Of a DNA stretch of 64,000 nucleotides, positions 1 through 9,869 are shown piece by piece (the first letter of the stretch is position 1; each line of letters begins with the position of its first letter). This DNA comes from Planctomycetota bacterium. Lineage in GTDB: Bacteria > Planctomycetota > GCA-002687715 > CAIWVZ01. A program made the translations under genes and the position numbers. Below the pieces are notes generated by a model. It had not been told where the DNA came from and did not search any database. It saw only the letters and a program-made list of their open reading frames with translations. The DNA is taken from assembly GCA_044222185.1 (NCBI GenBank), contig JBGANV010000001.1:224001-288000 (forward strand). Reading direction: 5' to 3'.

Positions 1-1035
1 CAGGAGACGCGCGGCGAGATGCTCGGCATCGGCGTCGACATGAGCGCCATCGGCGAAGCGCTCGTGATCGGCTACGTCGTACCCGGGAGCCCCGCGGCCG
101 AGGTCGGTTTGCGGGCCGGGGAGCGCCTGGTGACGATCGCCGGCAAGCCCGTCGACGCCGCGAAGCGCTTCGACGAAGCCGCGCGCGATCTGCGTGGTCC
201 CGCAGGTACGCGAGTCGCCGTCACGGTGGCGGCTCGCAACGGAGGCTCACCGCGCGACGTCACGATCCGCCGCGACACGTTCGACACGCCCACCGTCCAC
301 GCGCGAATGCTGCCCGGAGAGGACGGCGTCGCCCACGTCCGGATCACGGCCTTCCGGACCAACACGGCGCAGGCGTTCAATCGGTCGATCGCCGACCTGC
401 GGCGACGCGGTCTGAAACGGTTGGTTCTGGACCTTCGCTTCAACCGGGGCGGGACGTTCGACTCCGCGGTCGAGATTGCCGACGAGTGGATCACGGACGG
501 CGTCATCGTCCGGACGCGGGGCCGCGCGCGATACTCCGAGAACCGCGCCACTCCCGCGGCGCCGCTCCACGAACTGCCCACCGTGGTCCTCGTCAACAAT
601 CAGACGGCCTCGGCGGCCGAGATCCTCACCGGCGCGCTCCAGGACATGCACGTCGCGGCGATCGCCGGCGAGCGGACCTACGGGAAGGGTGTCGTGCAGG
701 AAGTGCAGGCGTTCCAGTCGTGGGCTGGCGGCATGAAGATCACGACGGCTCATTACTACACTCCGGCAGAGCGGTGCATCGAGCGGCAGGTCGCGCCGCG
801 GCCCGACCGCCAGGAAACCTACGGCATACTCCCGGATGTGGTCGTTCGCGTGGACGACGCGGCTCGTGAACGCATCACGCGCGCCATCGAGGTCCTTCAT
901 TACGATCCGGAGGTTCGGCGTGAGGTCCTGGCGCGTGCGTCCCTCACAGGCGAGCCGTCGGAAGACCCGCAGCTGTCGGCGGGTCTCCACCTCCTCCACG
1001 GCGAGGTCGTCGATACATCGGTCGCGAAGCGGTGA
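1..1035 (+). CDS. S41 family C-terminal processing peptidase with PDZ domain (5' truncated by window)
   Basis: Frame open from base 1; PDZ (GIGV...GSPAAEVGLRAGE), LVLDLRFNRGG, catalytic TASAAEI and TYGKG motifs, ITTAHYYTP. Confidence 0.92.
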   Translation, partial: QETRGEMLGIGVDMSAIGEALVIGYVVPGSPAAEVGLRAGERLVTIAGKPVDAAKRFDEAARDLRGPAGTRVAVTVAARNGGSPRDVTIRRDTFDTPTVHARMLPGEDGVAHVRITAFRTNTAQAFNRSIADLRRRGLKRLVLDLRFNRGGTFDSAVEIADEWITDGVIVRTRGRARYSENRATPAAPLHELPTVVLVNNQTASAAEILTGALQDMHVAAIAGERTYGKGVVQEVQAFQSWAGGMKITTAHYYTPAERCIERQVAPRPDRQETYGILPDVVVRVDDAARERITRAIEVLHYDPEVRREVLARASLTGEPSEDPQLSAGLHLLHGEVVDTSVAKR

Positions 1036-2105
1036 ACATGCTCACACTCGGAATCGAGACATCCTGCGACGAGACGGCGGCGTCCGTCGTGCTGGACGGC
1101 CGGCGGGTTCTCTCGTCGGTCGTGTCGAGCCAGGTCGCGCGCCACAAGCGCTGGGGCGGAGTCGTGCCCGAGATCGCCGCGCGCGAACACACCCTGGGAA
1201 TTCTCCCGGTGCTCGACGCCGCGATAGGCGACGCGGGCGTGACGCTCGCGCAGATCGGCCTCATCGCCGTCACGTGCGAGCCGGGTCTCGTGGGCTCGTT
1301 GCTGCTCGGCGTCGCCGCCGCAGAGGGGTTGGCGCAGTCGTCGGGAATCCCCATCGTCGGGGTCAATCACGTCGAGGCACACCTGTGCGCGCCGTTCCTC
1401 ATCGAGGGCGAGGCCATCGACTACCCGCTGATCTCCCTCGTCGTCAGCGGCGGCCACACGCACATCTTCCGCTCGAGGAACGCCTGTGAACACGAGCTTC
1501 TGGGCGCCACGTTGGACGACGCCGCGGGAGAGGCGTTCGACAAGGTGGCCGCGGCCTTGGGGCTCGGATACCCCGGCGGCCCCGCCGTGGAGAAGGTCGC
1601 TCGCGACGGCGATCCGCGGGCGTTTCCATTCAAGCGGCCCCTGCTCGATCCGGATGCGCTCGACGTCTCGTTCTCGGGCCTGAAGACCGCCGTCAAGTAT
1701 CGCTGCTTCGGGCAGAACGCCGACGGGCGCGCCAGGACCGAGCTCCTTCCTGGAGTGACCGTCGCCGACGTGGCCGCGTCGTTCCAGGCTGCCGTCGTCG
1801 ACACGTTGGTGGCGAAGGTGTCGCGGGCGGTCCAGATGACCGGGATCCGCCGCGTCGCCGTCGGCGGGGGAGTGGCGTGCAACGGACCGTTGCGGCTCGC
1901 GCTGACCGAACGCGGCCGCAAGGAGGGGTTCGCGGTCCACCTGACGCCGCCGTCTCTTTGCACGGACAACGCCGCGATGGTCGCTGCCCAGGGGTTCTTC
2001 ACGTTTCATCAACGGGGAGCTGACACGCTTCCCCTGCGCGTCCGTGTTCGGGGCGAGTGGGTGCGGTCGGATCCGGCACGTTGCACCCGGCCTGCGAGCG
2101 GTTAG
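1032..2105 (+). CDS. tsaD: tRNA N6-threonylcarbamoyladenosine transferase TsaD
   Basis: LGIETSCDET, GGVVPEIAAREH, HVEAH metal site, LVVSGGHT, DDAAGEAFDK, SFSGLKT, CTDNAAM; GTGA overlap with upstream stop. Confidence 0.96.
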   Translation: MNMLTLGIETSCDETAASVVLDGRRVLSSVVSSQVARHKRWGGVVPEIAAREHTLGILPVLDAAIGDAGVTLAQIGLIAVTCEPGLVGSLLLGVAAAEGLAQSSGIPIVGVNHVEAHLCAPFLIEGEAIDYPLISLVVSGGHTHIFRSRNACEHELLGATLDDAAGEAFDKVAAALGLGYPGGPAVEKVARDGDPRAFPFKRPLLDPDALDVSFSGLKTAVKYRCFGQNADGRARTELLPGVTVADVAASFQAAVVDTLVAKVSRAVQMTGIRRVAVGGGVACNGPLRLALTERGRKEGFAVHLTPPSLCTDNAAMVAAQGFFTFHQRGADTLPLRVRVRGEWVRSDPARCTRPASG

Positions 2106-2220
2106 AACGGGCGCCCGGGGAACCCCCCGGGGAGCGCGGCGCCTGCCGTGTTCTGTCGCCCCGGGTCAGCGGCGCCACCGTGCGCGCGCACCCTCCCGGC
2201 CGAAGCCATCGCCGGGTCCC

Positions 2221-3000
2221 ATGGAGCGCGCCCGGATGCGTGACGATGCGTCGCTGCTCGATGTCCTTGCCGACGTTGCAAGTGGCCGGCTCACACCCGG
2301 TCAGGCTGCGCATCGACTTCAGCCCGAATCGCCGCTCGGCTTCGCCCGTGTCGACCTGGACCGGGAGCGCCGCTGTGGGTTTCCCGAGGTGATCTTCGGA
2401 CCCGGCAAGACGGTCGGGCAGATCGCGGCAATCGCCGCGCGCATTTTCGAGCACTCAGGACGGGTGCTCGCAACGCGCGTGACTCGGGACCAGGCACTGG
2501 CGATCCAGTCTGAGATCCCCTCGGCGGAGCACCACGAGACGGCCGCGGTCGTCCACGCCGATCGGGCCCCGCGCAAACCCGTCGGCCGGGTGGTGGTCGT
2601 CTCCGCGGGGACTGCCGATCTACCGGTGGCTGAGGAGGCTGCGGTGACGGCGACCGCCCTCGGCGCGGCCGTCGAGCGCGTCCATGACGTGGGAGTGGCC
2701 GGCATCCACCGGTTGCTCTCGCAACTGGAACTCCTGCGCACGGCGCGCGTGGTGGTCGTCGCGGCGGGCATGGAGGGGGCACTCGCCAGCGTGGTCGGCG
2801 GCCTCGTCGCCTGCCCGGTGATCGCCGTCCCGACGAGCGTCGGATACGGGGCGTCGTTGCGAGGGCTCGCGGCGTTGCTCACCATGCTGAACAGTTGCGC
2901 GCCCAACGTCTCGGTCGTCAACATCGACAACGGATTTGGTGCGGGCTACTCTGCGGCGCTCGTCAATCGAACGACCCAGACTTCGGAGGAGAACGGATGA
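2221..3000 (+). CDS. larB: Nickel-pincer cofactor biosynthesis protein LarB (PurE-like NaAD carboxylase/hydrolase)
   Basis: DLDRERRCGFPEVIFGPGK, SAGTADLPVAEEA, DVGVAGIHRL, AGMEGAL, PTSVGYG, MLNSC, VVNIDNGFGA; start at ATG 2221 or 2236. Confidence 0.92.
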   Translation: MERARMRDDASLLDVLADVASGRLTPGQAAHRLQPESPLGFARVDLDRERRCGFPEVIFGPGKTVGQIAAIAARIFEHSGRVLATRVTRDQALAIQSEIPSAEHHETAAVVHADRAPRKPVGRVVVVSAGTADLPVAEEAAVTATALGAAVERVHDVGVAGIHRLLSQLELLRTARVVVVAAGMEGALASVVGGLVACPVIAVPTSVGYGASLRGLAALLTMLNSCAPNVSVVNIDNGFGAGYSAALVNRTTQTSEENG

Positions 3001-4145
3001 CGGCGCGATTCGACGCGCGATTGGTGCTCGAGGACGGAACGATCTTCTCGGGACGTGCGTTCGGCGCACGCGGTGAGGCCAGCGGCGAGATCGTGTTCAA
3101 CACGAGTCTCACGGGCTACCAGGAGGTTCTCACCGATCCGTCGTACCGCGGCCAGATCGTCGTGATGACCTCCCCGCTCATCGGAAACACGGGGATCACG
3201 CTGGAGGACGACGAGTCCGAGCGCCCGTGGCTCTCGGGGTTCGTGGTCCGCGAGTTGTCGGCGATCGCGAGCAACTATCGATCGAGGGAGTCGCTCTCGG
3301 ACTGGCTCGCGCGCAACCACATCCTCGGGATCGAAGGGCTCGACACGCGCCGGCTCACGCGGAAGATCCGCGACCAGGGCGCGATGACGGCGCTGATCTC
3401 GACCGAGGTGACCGACCCGGACGAGCTGATCCGTCGCGTGAAGGCTGCGCCACCGCTCGTGGGGCGCGACCTCGTCAAGGAGGTGACCCGCGGCAAGCGG
3501 TTCACCTGGAGCGAGGCCTACGACCGCGAGATGCAGCCCGCCCTCGCACCGGCGGGAGCGACCGGCCGCCGCCCCAAGGTCGTCGCGATCGATTACGGCG
3601 CGAAGGAGAACATCTTCCGTTCGCTCGTGGACGTGGGATTCGACGTCGTGGTCCTTCCCAGTACGGCGAGTTGCAAGGACGTGCTCGCGGAGAGTCCCGA
3701 CGGGGTGTTCCTCTCCAACGGACCTGGCGACCCGAGCGTCCTCGCGAACGAGGTCCAGACGATCCGCGACCTCCTGGGGAAGAAGCCGATCTTCGGCATC
3801 TGCCTCGGGCATCAGCTCCTTGGCCAGGCGATCGGAGCGAAGACGTTCAAACTCAAGTTCGGGCACCACGGCTCGAACCAGCCCGTGAAGAACCTGCGGA
3901 CGGGCCAGGTGGAAATCACGGCACAGAACCACGGATTCGCCGTGGACCCCGCGTCGGTTCCCCAGCCGCGAGCCAAGGTGACACACATCAATCTGAACGA
4001 CGGCACGTGCGAAGGCCTGGAGTTGCCCGGGGAGTCGGCGTTCAGCGTCCAATATCACCCGGAAGCGGCGCCCGGTCCTCACGATTCGCTGTACCTGTTC
4101 CGCCAGTTCAAGGCTCTCGTCGACGCCAGCCAGGGAGCGGCCTGA
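2997..4145 (+). CDS. carA: Carbamoyl-phosphate synthase small subunit
   Basis: LVLEDG, GEIVFNTSLTGYQEVLTDPSY, SNGPGDP, GICLGHQ, QNHGF, QYHPEA; ATGA overlap with larB stop. Confidence 0.97.
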   Translation: MTARFDARLVLEDGTIFSGRAFGARGEASGEIVFNTSLTGYQEVLTDPSYRGQIVVMTSPLIGNTGITLEDDESERPWLSGFVVRELSAIASNYRSRESLSDWLARNHILGIEGLDTRRLTRKIRDQGAMTALISTEVTDPDELIRRVKAAPPLVGRDLVKEVTRGKRFTWSEAYDREMQPALAPAGATGRRPKVVAIDYGAKENIFRSLVDVGFDVVVLPSTASCKDVLAESPDGVFLSNGPGDPSVLANEVQTIRDLLGKKPIFGICLGHQLLGQAIGAKTFKLKFGHHGSNQPVKNLRTGQVEITAQNHGFAVDPASVPQPRAKVTHINLNDGTCEGLELPGESAFSVQYHPEAAPGPHDSLYLFRQFKALVDASQGAA

Positions 4146-5422
4146 TGCCCGTCAGTGCGTTGGTCGGACTCCAATGGGGTGACGAGGGCAAGGGCAAGGT
4201 CGTCGACGCGCTCTCGTCTCGTGTGGACATGGTCGTCCGCTGTCAGGGCGGAGCGAACGCCGGCCACACCGTCATCGTCGGGACGCAGAAGCGGGTGCTG
4301 CACCTCGTTCCGAGTGGGATCCTCTATCAGCACGTCACGGGCGTCATCGGCAACGGTGTCGTCATCGACCCGCTGCAACTCGTCGACGAGATCACGTCGC
4401 TGGAGGCGGCGGGATACACGTTGACGGACCGGCTGTTCATCTCGGACCGCGCGCACATGGTGCTGCCGTGGCACAAGGAGATCGACAAGCTCGGCGAAGA
4501 CCTGCGCGGCGCCGCGAAGATCGGGACGACGGGGCGAGGCATCGGCCCGACCTACGCCGACAAGGCTTCGCGGACCGGGATCGTCGCCGGCGATTTCATT
4601 CGTGAAGACCGCTTCGTCGCGCTGTTCGATCAGCAGCTCGATGCGAAGAACCGACTCCTCGCTGCCTACGGGCGCAAACCGCTCGAGCGCGATGCGCTTC
4701 TCTCTCCCATGCTCGCGGCGGCGCGGCGCCTCGCGCCGCTCGTGACCGACACGGTCGAGCGCGTCCACGCGGCGATCCGCGATCGTCGCGAGGTCTACCT
4801 GGAGGGTGCGCAGGGGACGATGCTCGACATCGATCACGGCACCTACCCCTACGTGACGTCCAGCAACACGTACGTCGCGGGCTTGCTCCTCGGATGCGGT
4901 GTGGCGCCCAAACAGCTCGACCGCGTGATCGCGATCGCCAAGGCCTATTGCACGCGCGTGGGTGCCGGGCCGTTCCCGAGCGAGGAGATCAGCCCGGTCG
5001 GCGACCTCATCCGCACCCGCGGAAAGGAGTTCGGCGCGACGACGGGTCGACCGCGGCGTTGCGGTTGGTTCGACGCCGTCGCCGCCCGCTACGCCATTCA
5101 GGCGAACGGCGTGGACGAGATCACGTTGACGAAGGCCGACGTTCTCTGTGGCGTCGACGAGATCAAGGTTTGCGTGGCCTACCGCACGGGCAACTCGGAG
5201 TCGACGAGGTTTCCGTCCAGCTCGGACCTCGTGGGGGTGGAGCCGGCCTATCGTGTCTTCCCAGGATGGAAGGAAGAGTTCGCGGACGTTCGCCGATACG
5301 AGGACCTTCCGCTGAACCTCCGCAGGTACATCGAGTTCCTCGAGTCGTGCCTGAACGTCCCGATCACCGCCGTCTCGACGGGCCCGGAGCGCGGTCAGCT
5401 CGTTCGGAGGGACGGCCGGTGA
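4145..5422 (+). CDS. purA: Adenylosuccinate synthetase
   Basis: GLQWGDEGKGK, QGGANAGHT, IGTTGRGIGPTY, EGAQG, GTYPYVTSS, GATTGRPRRCGWFD; TGATG overlap. Confidence 0.97.
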   Translation: MPVSALVGLQWGDEGKGKVVDALSSRVDMVVRCQGGANAGHTVIVGTQKRVLHLVPSGILYQHVTGVIGNGVVIDPLQLVDEITSLEAAGYTLTDRLFISDRAHMVLPWHKEIDKLGEDLRGAAKIGTTGRGIGPTYADKASRTGIVAGDFIREDRFVALFDQQLDAKNRLLAAYGRKPLERDALLSPMLAAARRLAPLVTDTVERVHAAIRDRREVYLEGAQGTMLDIDHGTYPYVTSSNTYVAGLLLGCGVAPKQLDRVIAIAKAYCTRVGAGPFPSEEISPVGDLIRTRGKEFGATTGRPRRCGWFDAVAARYAIQANGVDEITLTKADVLCGVDEIKVCVAYRTGNSESTRFPSSSDLVGVEPAYRVFPGWKEEFADVRRYEDLPLNLRRYIEFLESCLNVPITAVSTGPERGQLVRRDGR

Positions 5423-6144
5423 ACCTCTACGGGGCGCGCCACGTCGCGGTGATCATGGACGGCAACGGCCGTTGGGCGCGTGAACGCGGGTGGCCGCGCA
5501 CGCGCGGACATCGCGAAGGCGTGACCTCCGTGCGCGATTGCGTGACGGCGTGCGCCCAGGCGCACCTCGGCTGGCTCACGCTCTACGCGCTCTCGACGGA
5601 AAACTACCGGACGCGTCCGCGAACCGAGATCCGCTACCTGATGGTCCTCCTCAAGCGATTCCTGATCGCCGAGCGTCCGACGATCATGGAGAACAACATC
5701 CGCCTGCGCAGTTGCGGGCGGATCGACGAACTCCCGGACAAGGTCGTGAAGGAGCTGCGCAAGACCGAGCAGATGTCGGCGAGGAACACCGGCATGTCCC
5801 TCGTGCTCGCGCTGAACTACGGCGGCCGTGCCGAGATCGTCGACGCCGCGCAGTCGCTCATCGACGACGTCCGCGCCGGCCGTCTCGCCCAGAAGGACGT
5901 CGACGAGGCCGCGCTGGCGTCACGTCTCTACCTGCCAGAGATGCCCGACGTGGACCTGCTCATCCGGACCGCCGGCGAGTATCGGATCAGCAACTTCCTC
6001 ATGTGGCAGGTGTCGTACGCCGAGATCTTCACCACGCGCAAGTGCTGGCCCGACTTCCGACGCGAGCAGCTCGCGGAAGCGCTCGCGGACTTCGGGCGCC
6101 GCCGGCGGAAGTTCGGCGGCCTGCTCAAGGAAGAGCTCGTGTGA
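5419..6144 (+). CDS. uppS: Undecaprenyl/polyprenyl diphosphate synthase
   Basis: HVAVIMDGNGRWA, GHREG, STENY, ALNYGGR, DLLIRTAGEYRISNFLMWQ; GTGA overlap. Confidence 0.96.
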   Translation: MNLYGARHVAVIMDGNGRWARERGWPRTRGHREGVTSVRDCVTACAQAHLGWLTLYALSTENYRTRPRTEIRYLMVLLKRFLIAERPTIMENNIRLRSCGRIDELPDKVVKELRKTEQMSARNTGMSLVLALNYGGRAEIVDAAQSLIDDVRAGRLAQKDVDEAALASRLYLPEMPDVDLLIRTAGEYRISNFLMWQVSYAEIFTTRKCWPDFRREQLAEALADFGRRRRKFGGLLKEELV

Positions 6145-7079
6145 GCCAGCGCCGCCTCGGTGTCCGGATCTCCATCGGTTCGCTGCTCGTCGCCGTCGTG
6201 GTTGGAATCACGCTCGCCGATGCGCGGGACGGAGCCTTCCGTTTCGCCCCCCTCGTTGCGGGCGCGGTCGGACTCGTCGCCCTCCTCGAGTACCTGAAGA
6301 TCTGCGCGCGGGCGATCACACCCAAGATGCGGTGGTCCGTGATCGTGGCCGGGTCGATCCTGATGTTCTGGCGGTCCGCCGCCGAACTCGCCGGGATCGA
6401 ACGGGTTTCGGGCGACGTCTTCGAAGTGATCCTCGGCATGTGCGGGGCCATCCCGCTCGTCGTCACGGTGCTGGCGCGTCGTACCTCCGCGGTCGAGCCC
6501 CTCGACTTCGAGTCGGTGGCGGCCGCCACGTTCGGGCTCTTTCTCGTCGCCTACCCGATGGCGGCCCTGAACGAGATCTGCTTCATCGGGGAGACGGTCA
6601 GATACCCTCTCGGCCGGACCTGGGTCCTTCTTGGGTTCTCGGGGTTCACGCCCGGTACCGGCATCGGTTCGTGGCTGCTCGTCGTCACGCTGCTGGCGTC
6701 CAAGCTGAACGACATCGGTGGGTACCTCGTCGGGAGTGCGCTCGGGCGCCACAAGCTCGCGCCAGGGGTTAGCCCCAACAAGAGCGTCGAGGGAGCGCTC
6801 GCCGGCCTCTTTTTGGGCACGCTCTGGTCGTATGCGGCTTTTTCCTGGTTCGGACCCGTGCGCGGAATGCTCACGCCGGGCCACGCCGCCGTATTTGGTG
6901 TCGTGATCGCAGTCACGACTCAACTCGGGGATCTGGCCGAATCGATGATCAAGAGAGCGGTCGGTGTCAAGGACTCGGCCGCCGTGCTTCCGGCATTCGG
7001 CGGAATGCTGGACCTTGTCGATAGCTTCATCCTTTCTGCGCCCACCGGGTACACTTTGCTCCTGTTCTGGTTGCGCTGA
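6141..7079 (+). CDS. cdsA: Phosphatidate cytidylyltransferase
   Basis: Multi-TM protein with DIGGYLVG, KLAPGVSPNKSVEG, GDLAESMIKR..VKDS..LP.FGGMLD; follows uppS. Confidence 0.93.
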   Translation: MSQRRLGVRISIGSLLVAVVVGITLADARDGAFRFAPLVAGAVGLVALLEYLKICARAITPKMRWSVIVAGSILMFWRSAAELAGIERVSGDVFEVILGMCGAIPLVVTVLARRTSAVEPLDFESVAAATFGLFLVAYPMAALNEICFIGETVRYPLGRTWVLLGFSGFTPGTGIGSWLLVVTLLASKLNDIGGYLVGSALGRHKLAPGVSPNKSVEGALAGLFLGTLWSYAAFSWFGPVRGMLTPGHAAVFGVVIAVTTQLGDLAESMIKRAVGVKDSAAVLPAFGGMLDLVDSFILSAPTGYTLLLFWLR

Positions 7080-7110
7080 CGAGGCGTAGCCCCGACCCAA
7101 GGAGAGCCGG

Positions 7111-8283
7111 TTGATCGAACGGACCATCGCGCTGCGGGATCTCGAAGAGGAACGCTTCCTTTACGGCCACCTGGACCGCAACCTCCACCTCCTGCGGCGC
7201 CTGCTCGGGGTCGAGGCCATCAGCCGGGGTGGACAGTTGCGGCTGAAAGGCAACGCCGCCGCGATCGACGAGGCTCTCCGGACGGTGGAACACGCGCTGA
7301 CGCTCTTCCGTGACGGCGGGCAGACGGACCCCGCGACGGTGGAGAAGCTCTTTCGCGAACGACATGCCAACGGCCGCGACGACGATCACCACGGGCATGC
7401 CCACGATCACGGCGGCAACGGGAACGGCAACGGGCACGGACACGCGAACGGCGATGGGCGCGAGCGGCTCACGGTGTCGGCGCGCAGTCGGAACCAACAG
7501 CTCTACCTCGACGCCATCGCAGCAAACACGATCACGTTCGGGGTGGGCCCGGCCGGAACCGGCAAGTCCTACCTGGCGGTCGCGTCGGCGGTGCGGTTCC
7601 TCCGCGCGGCGCAGTACCGGAAGATCGTCCTGTGCCGGCCTGCGATCGAGGCGGGCGAGAGCCTGGGTTTCCTCCCGGGTGACCTCCAGGCGAAGATCAA
7701 CCCGTACCTGCGCCCGCTGTACGACGCCCTGAACGACCTCTTGCCGCGGGGTCAGCTCAAGCGATACGTCGAGGAGGAGATCATCGAGATCCTGCCCCTG
7801 GCGTACATGCGCGGCCGAACCCTCGACCACGCCGTCATCATCCTGGACGAAGCGCAAAACTCGACGATCGCCCAGATGAAGATGTTCCTGACGCGCCTCG
7901 GCGAGCGGTCGAAGATGATCGTCACCGGGGACGTCACGCAGGTCGACCTGCCCGCGCACAAGACGTCCGGGCTCATTCACGCCCACCGGATTCTCGAGGG
8001 CATCGCCGGCGTGTCCTTCATCCACTTCGCCAAGGGCGACATCGTCCGCCATCCGGTCGTCCAGGACGTGCTCAAGGCCTACGCGCAGGACGAGGAGGGG
8101 ATCGGTCCCCCCGAGTTCGAGGACGAGCCGCGGAGCCATCGCCGTGAGTCCGACCGCGACCGCCACCATGGGGCCGACGACGCCCCTGATTCGCGACACC
8201 GATCGGCAACCTCACCCTCCCAGGGCAACTCGGCCCGTGACGGTCGGGGCGGTCGGTCCGAGCGCCCGCGCCGCACCCACTGA
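7111..8283 (+). CDS. phoH: PhoH family ATPase with His/Gly/Asn-rich linker and disordered C-terminal tail
   Basis: GPAGTGKS, RPAIEAGESLGFLPGD, AYMRGRTL, ILDEAQN, GDVTQVDLP, DIVRHPVV; AAGGAG RBS before TTG. Confidence 0.93.
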   Translation: MIERTIALRDLEEERFLYGHLDRNLHLLRRLLGVEAISRGGQLRLKGNAAAIDEALRTVEHALTLFRDGGQTDPATVEKLFRERHANGRDDDHHGHAHDHGGNGNGNGHGHANGDGRERLTVSARSRNQQLYLDAIAANTITFGVGPAGTGKSYLAVASAVRFLRAAQYRKIVLCRPAIEAGESLGFLPGDLQAKINPYLRPLYDALNDLLPRGQLKRYVEEEIIEILPLAYMRGRTLDHAVIILDEAQNSTIAQMKMFLTRLGERSKMIVTGDVTQVDLPAHKTSGLIHAHRILEGIAGVSFIHFAKGDIVRHPVVQDVLKAYAQDEEGIGPPEFEDEPRSHRRESDRDRHHGADDAPDSRHRSATSPSQGNSARDGRGGRSERPRRTH

Positions 8284-8294
8284 CGGGACCTTCG

Positions 8295-8723
8295 ATGATC
8301 GAGGTGGTCTACGACGATCGCCGGATGACGATGGATCCGGCGATCCTCGCACGGCTGCTGCACCTCGTGGAAACCGGCGAGGATCGACGTCTTCAGCTCT
8401 GCGTTCGCGTCGTGGATGACGCCGCGATCCACGAGGCCAACCGGGAGCACCTGGGGCACGACTGGGCGACGGACGTGATCACGTTCGACCTCAGCGATGA
8501 AGGCGACCCGGACACCGCGGGTGACATCCTGATCTCTGCCGAGTTCGCCGAACACGAGGCCCACGAACGTGGGCATGAGCCCCTGGCCGAGCTGTACTTC
8601 TACGTGTGCCACGGGATGCTGCACCTGTGCGGTTACGATGACGCCGATCCCGACGCCCGTCGCGCCATGCTCGAGCGGCAGCGCGACTACCTGCGGAGCG
8701 TGGGGATTCACGTCAACCTCTGA
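8295..8723 (+). CDS. ybeY: rRNA maturation endoribonuclease YbeY
   Basis: NREHLGHDWATDVITF, GDILIS, HGMLHLCGYD; follows phoH. Confidence 0.92.
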   Translation: MIEVVYDDRRMTMDPAILARLLHLVETGEDRRLQLCVRVVDDAAIHEANREHLGHDWATDVITFDLSDEGDPDTAGDILISAEFAEHEAHERGHEPLAELYFYVCHGMLHLCGYDDADPDARRAMLERQRDYLRSVGIHVNL

Positions 8724-8744
8724 ACGCGATCCAGACGACCTCGC

Positions 8745-9869
8745 ATGACAGCAGAAATCGAGAATCTCCCGAGCGACGACGAACTGTTCCTGCGCGCTGC
8801 ACGCCGTGAGGGTTGGGTGAACGACCAGAAGGTCGCGTCCGCGCGCGAACTGCAGGTCAAGATGCGGGACCTGGGACTCGTTCCGAAGCCACTCGCCGCC
8901 ATCCTGCAGGAAACGGGTGTGCTGACGGACGATCAGTTCAAGAAGCTCAACGAGACGGTTCAGCGCGTGAAGGACGCGTTCCGCATCCCGGGTTACAAGC
9001 TCCTCGAGCGACTGGGCCGAGGCTCCATGGGAACGGTCTACAAGGCGCGGCAGCTGAACCTCGATCGGATCGTCGCCATCAAGATCCTCGCGCCATTCCT
9101 CTCGAACAATCAGCCCTACGTCCGGCGCTTCATGAAGGAGGCGCGCGTGATCGGACGACTCAACCACCCGAACGTGGTTCAGGGCTTCGACGCGGGCGAG
9201 GCCGGCGGCGTCTACTACTTCGCCATGGAGTATTGCGAGGGGCCGACGCTCCTGCAGATCCTCAAGCGCGGCGGCGCGATGGACGAGGACCGCGCCATCA
9301 ACATCGTCACGCAGGTGGCCCACGCACTCGAGCATGCACACGAGCAAGGACTGGTCCACCGTGACGTGAAGCCGGACAACGTGATGATCGTTGAGGGCGG
9401 CGTCGCCAAGCTCTGCGATCTGGGCCTGGCGAAGGACGTGGCCATCGAGAGCGGCAGCACGGAGCGCGGGTCGACGGTCGGCACGCCCAACTACATCTCG
9501 CCGGAACAGGCGCGCGGCGAGGGCGGGATCGACATCCGCAGTGACATCTACTCGTTGGGCGCGACGTTCTATCACCTGCTCACAGGCGTGCCGCCGTTCG
9601 ACGGACAGAACCCGGCGGTCATCATGGTAAAGCACCTGAACGAGGATCCGACGCCGCTCCGGGAACGCATGCCCACCGTGCATCCGCTGACGGAGCGCGT
9701 CGTATTGAAGATGCTCGCCAAGCATCCGCGCGATCGCTATCAGACGCCGACGGAGCTTCTGGCCGACCTCGACGCGCTGAGGACGCGGGACACGGATCCC
9801 TTGCCCCCGATCAAGCCCGGCAGCGGGCTCTTCAAGAAGCGTCCGCGTCGCATGCGACGCAGCTACTGA
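8745..9869 (+). CDS. Soluble Hanks-type Ser/Thr protein kinase with short helical N-terminal domain
   Basis: LGRGSMGTVY, VAIK, HRDVKPDN, DLGLA, GTPNYISPEQ, SDIYSLG; no TM segment seen. Confidence 0.93.
   Translation: MTAEIENLPSDDELFLRAARREGWVNDQKVASARELQVKMRDLGLVPKPLAAILQETGVLTDDQFKKLNETVQRVKDAFRIPGYKLLERLGRGSMGTVYKARQLNLDRIVAIKILAPFLSNNQPYVRRFMKEARVIGRLNHPNVVQGFDAGEAGGVYYFAMEYCEGPTLLQILKRGGAMDEDRAINIVTQVAHALEHAHEQGLVHRDVKPDNVMIVEGGVAKLCDLGLAKDVAIESGSTERGSTVGTPNYISPEQARGEGGIDIRSDIYSLGATFYHLLTGVPPFDGQNPAVIMVKHLNEDPTPLRERMPTVHPLTERVVLKMLAKHPRDRYQTPTELLADLDALRTRDTDPLPPIKPGSGLFKKRPRRMRRSY

Noticed and set aside
2110-2137. GC hairpin after tsaD as a terminator
   Set aside because: No U-tract, and the next gene follows on the same strand; unsupported.
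3227-4144. Apparent long N-terminal extensions or fusions in the ORF track (purA 731 aa, uppS, cdsA, gltA 605 aa, CRTAC1 819 aa, PRTase 428 aa, FGE 834 aa)
   Set aside because: Extensions are off-frame read-through of upstream genes or spacers; real starts coincide with family N-termini and stop/start overlaps.
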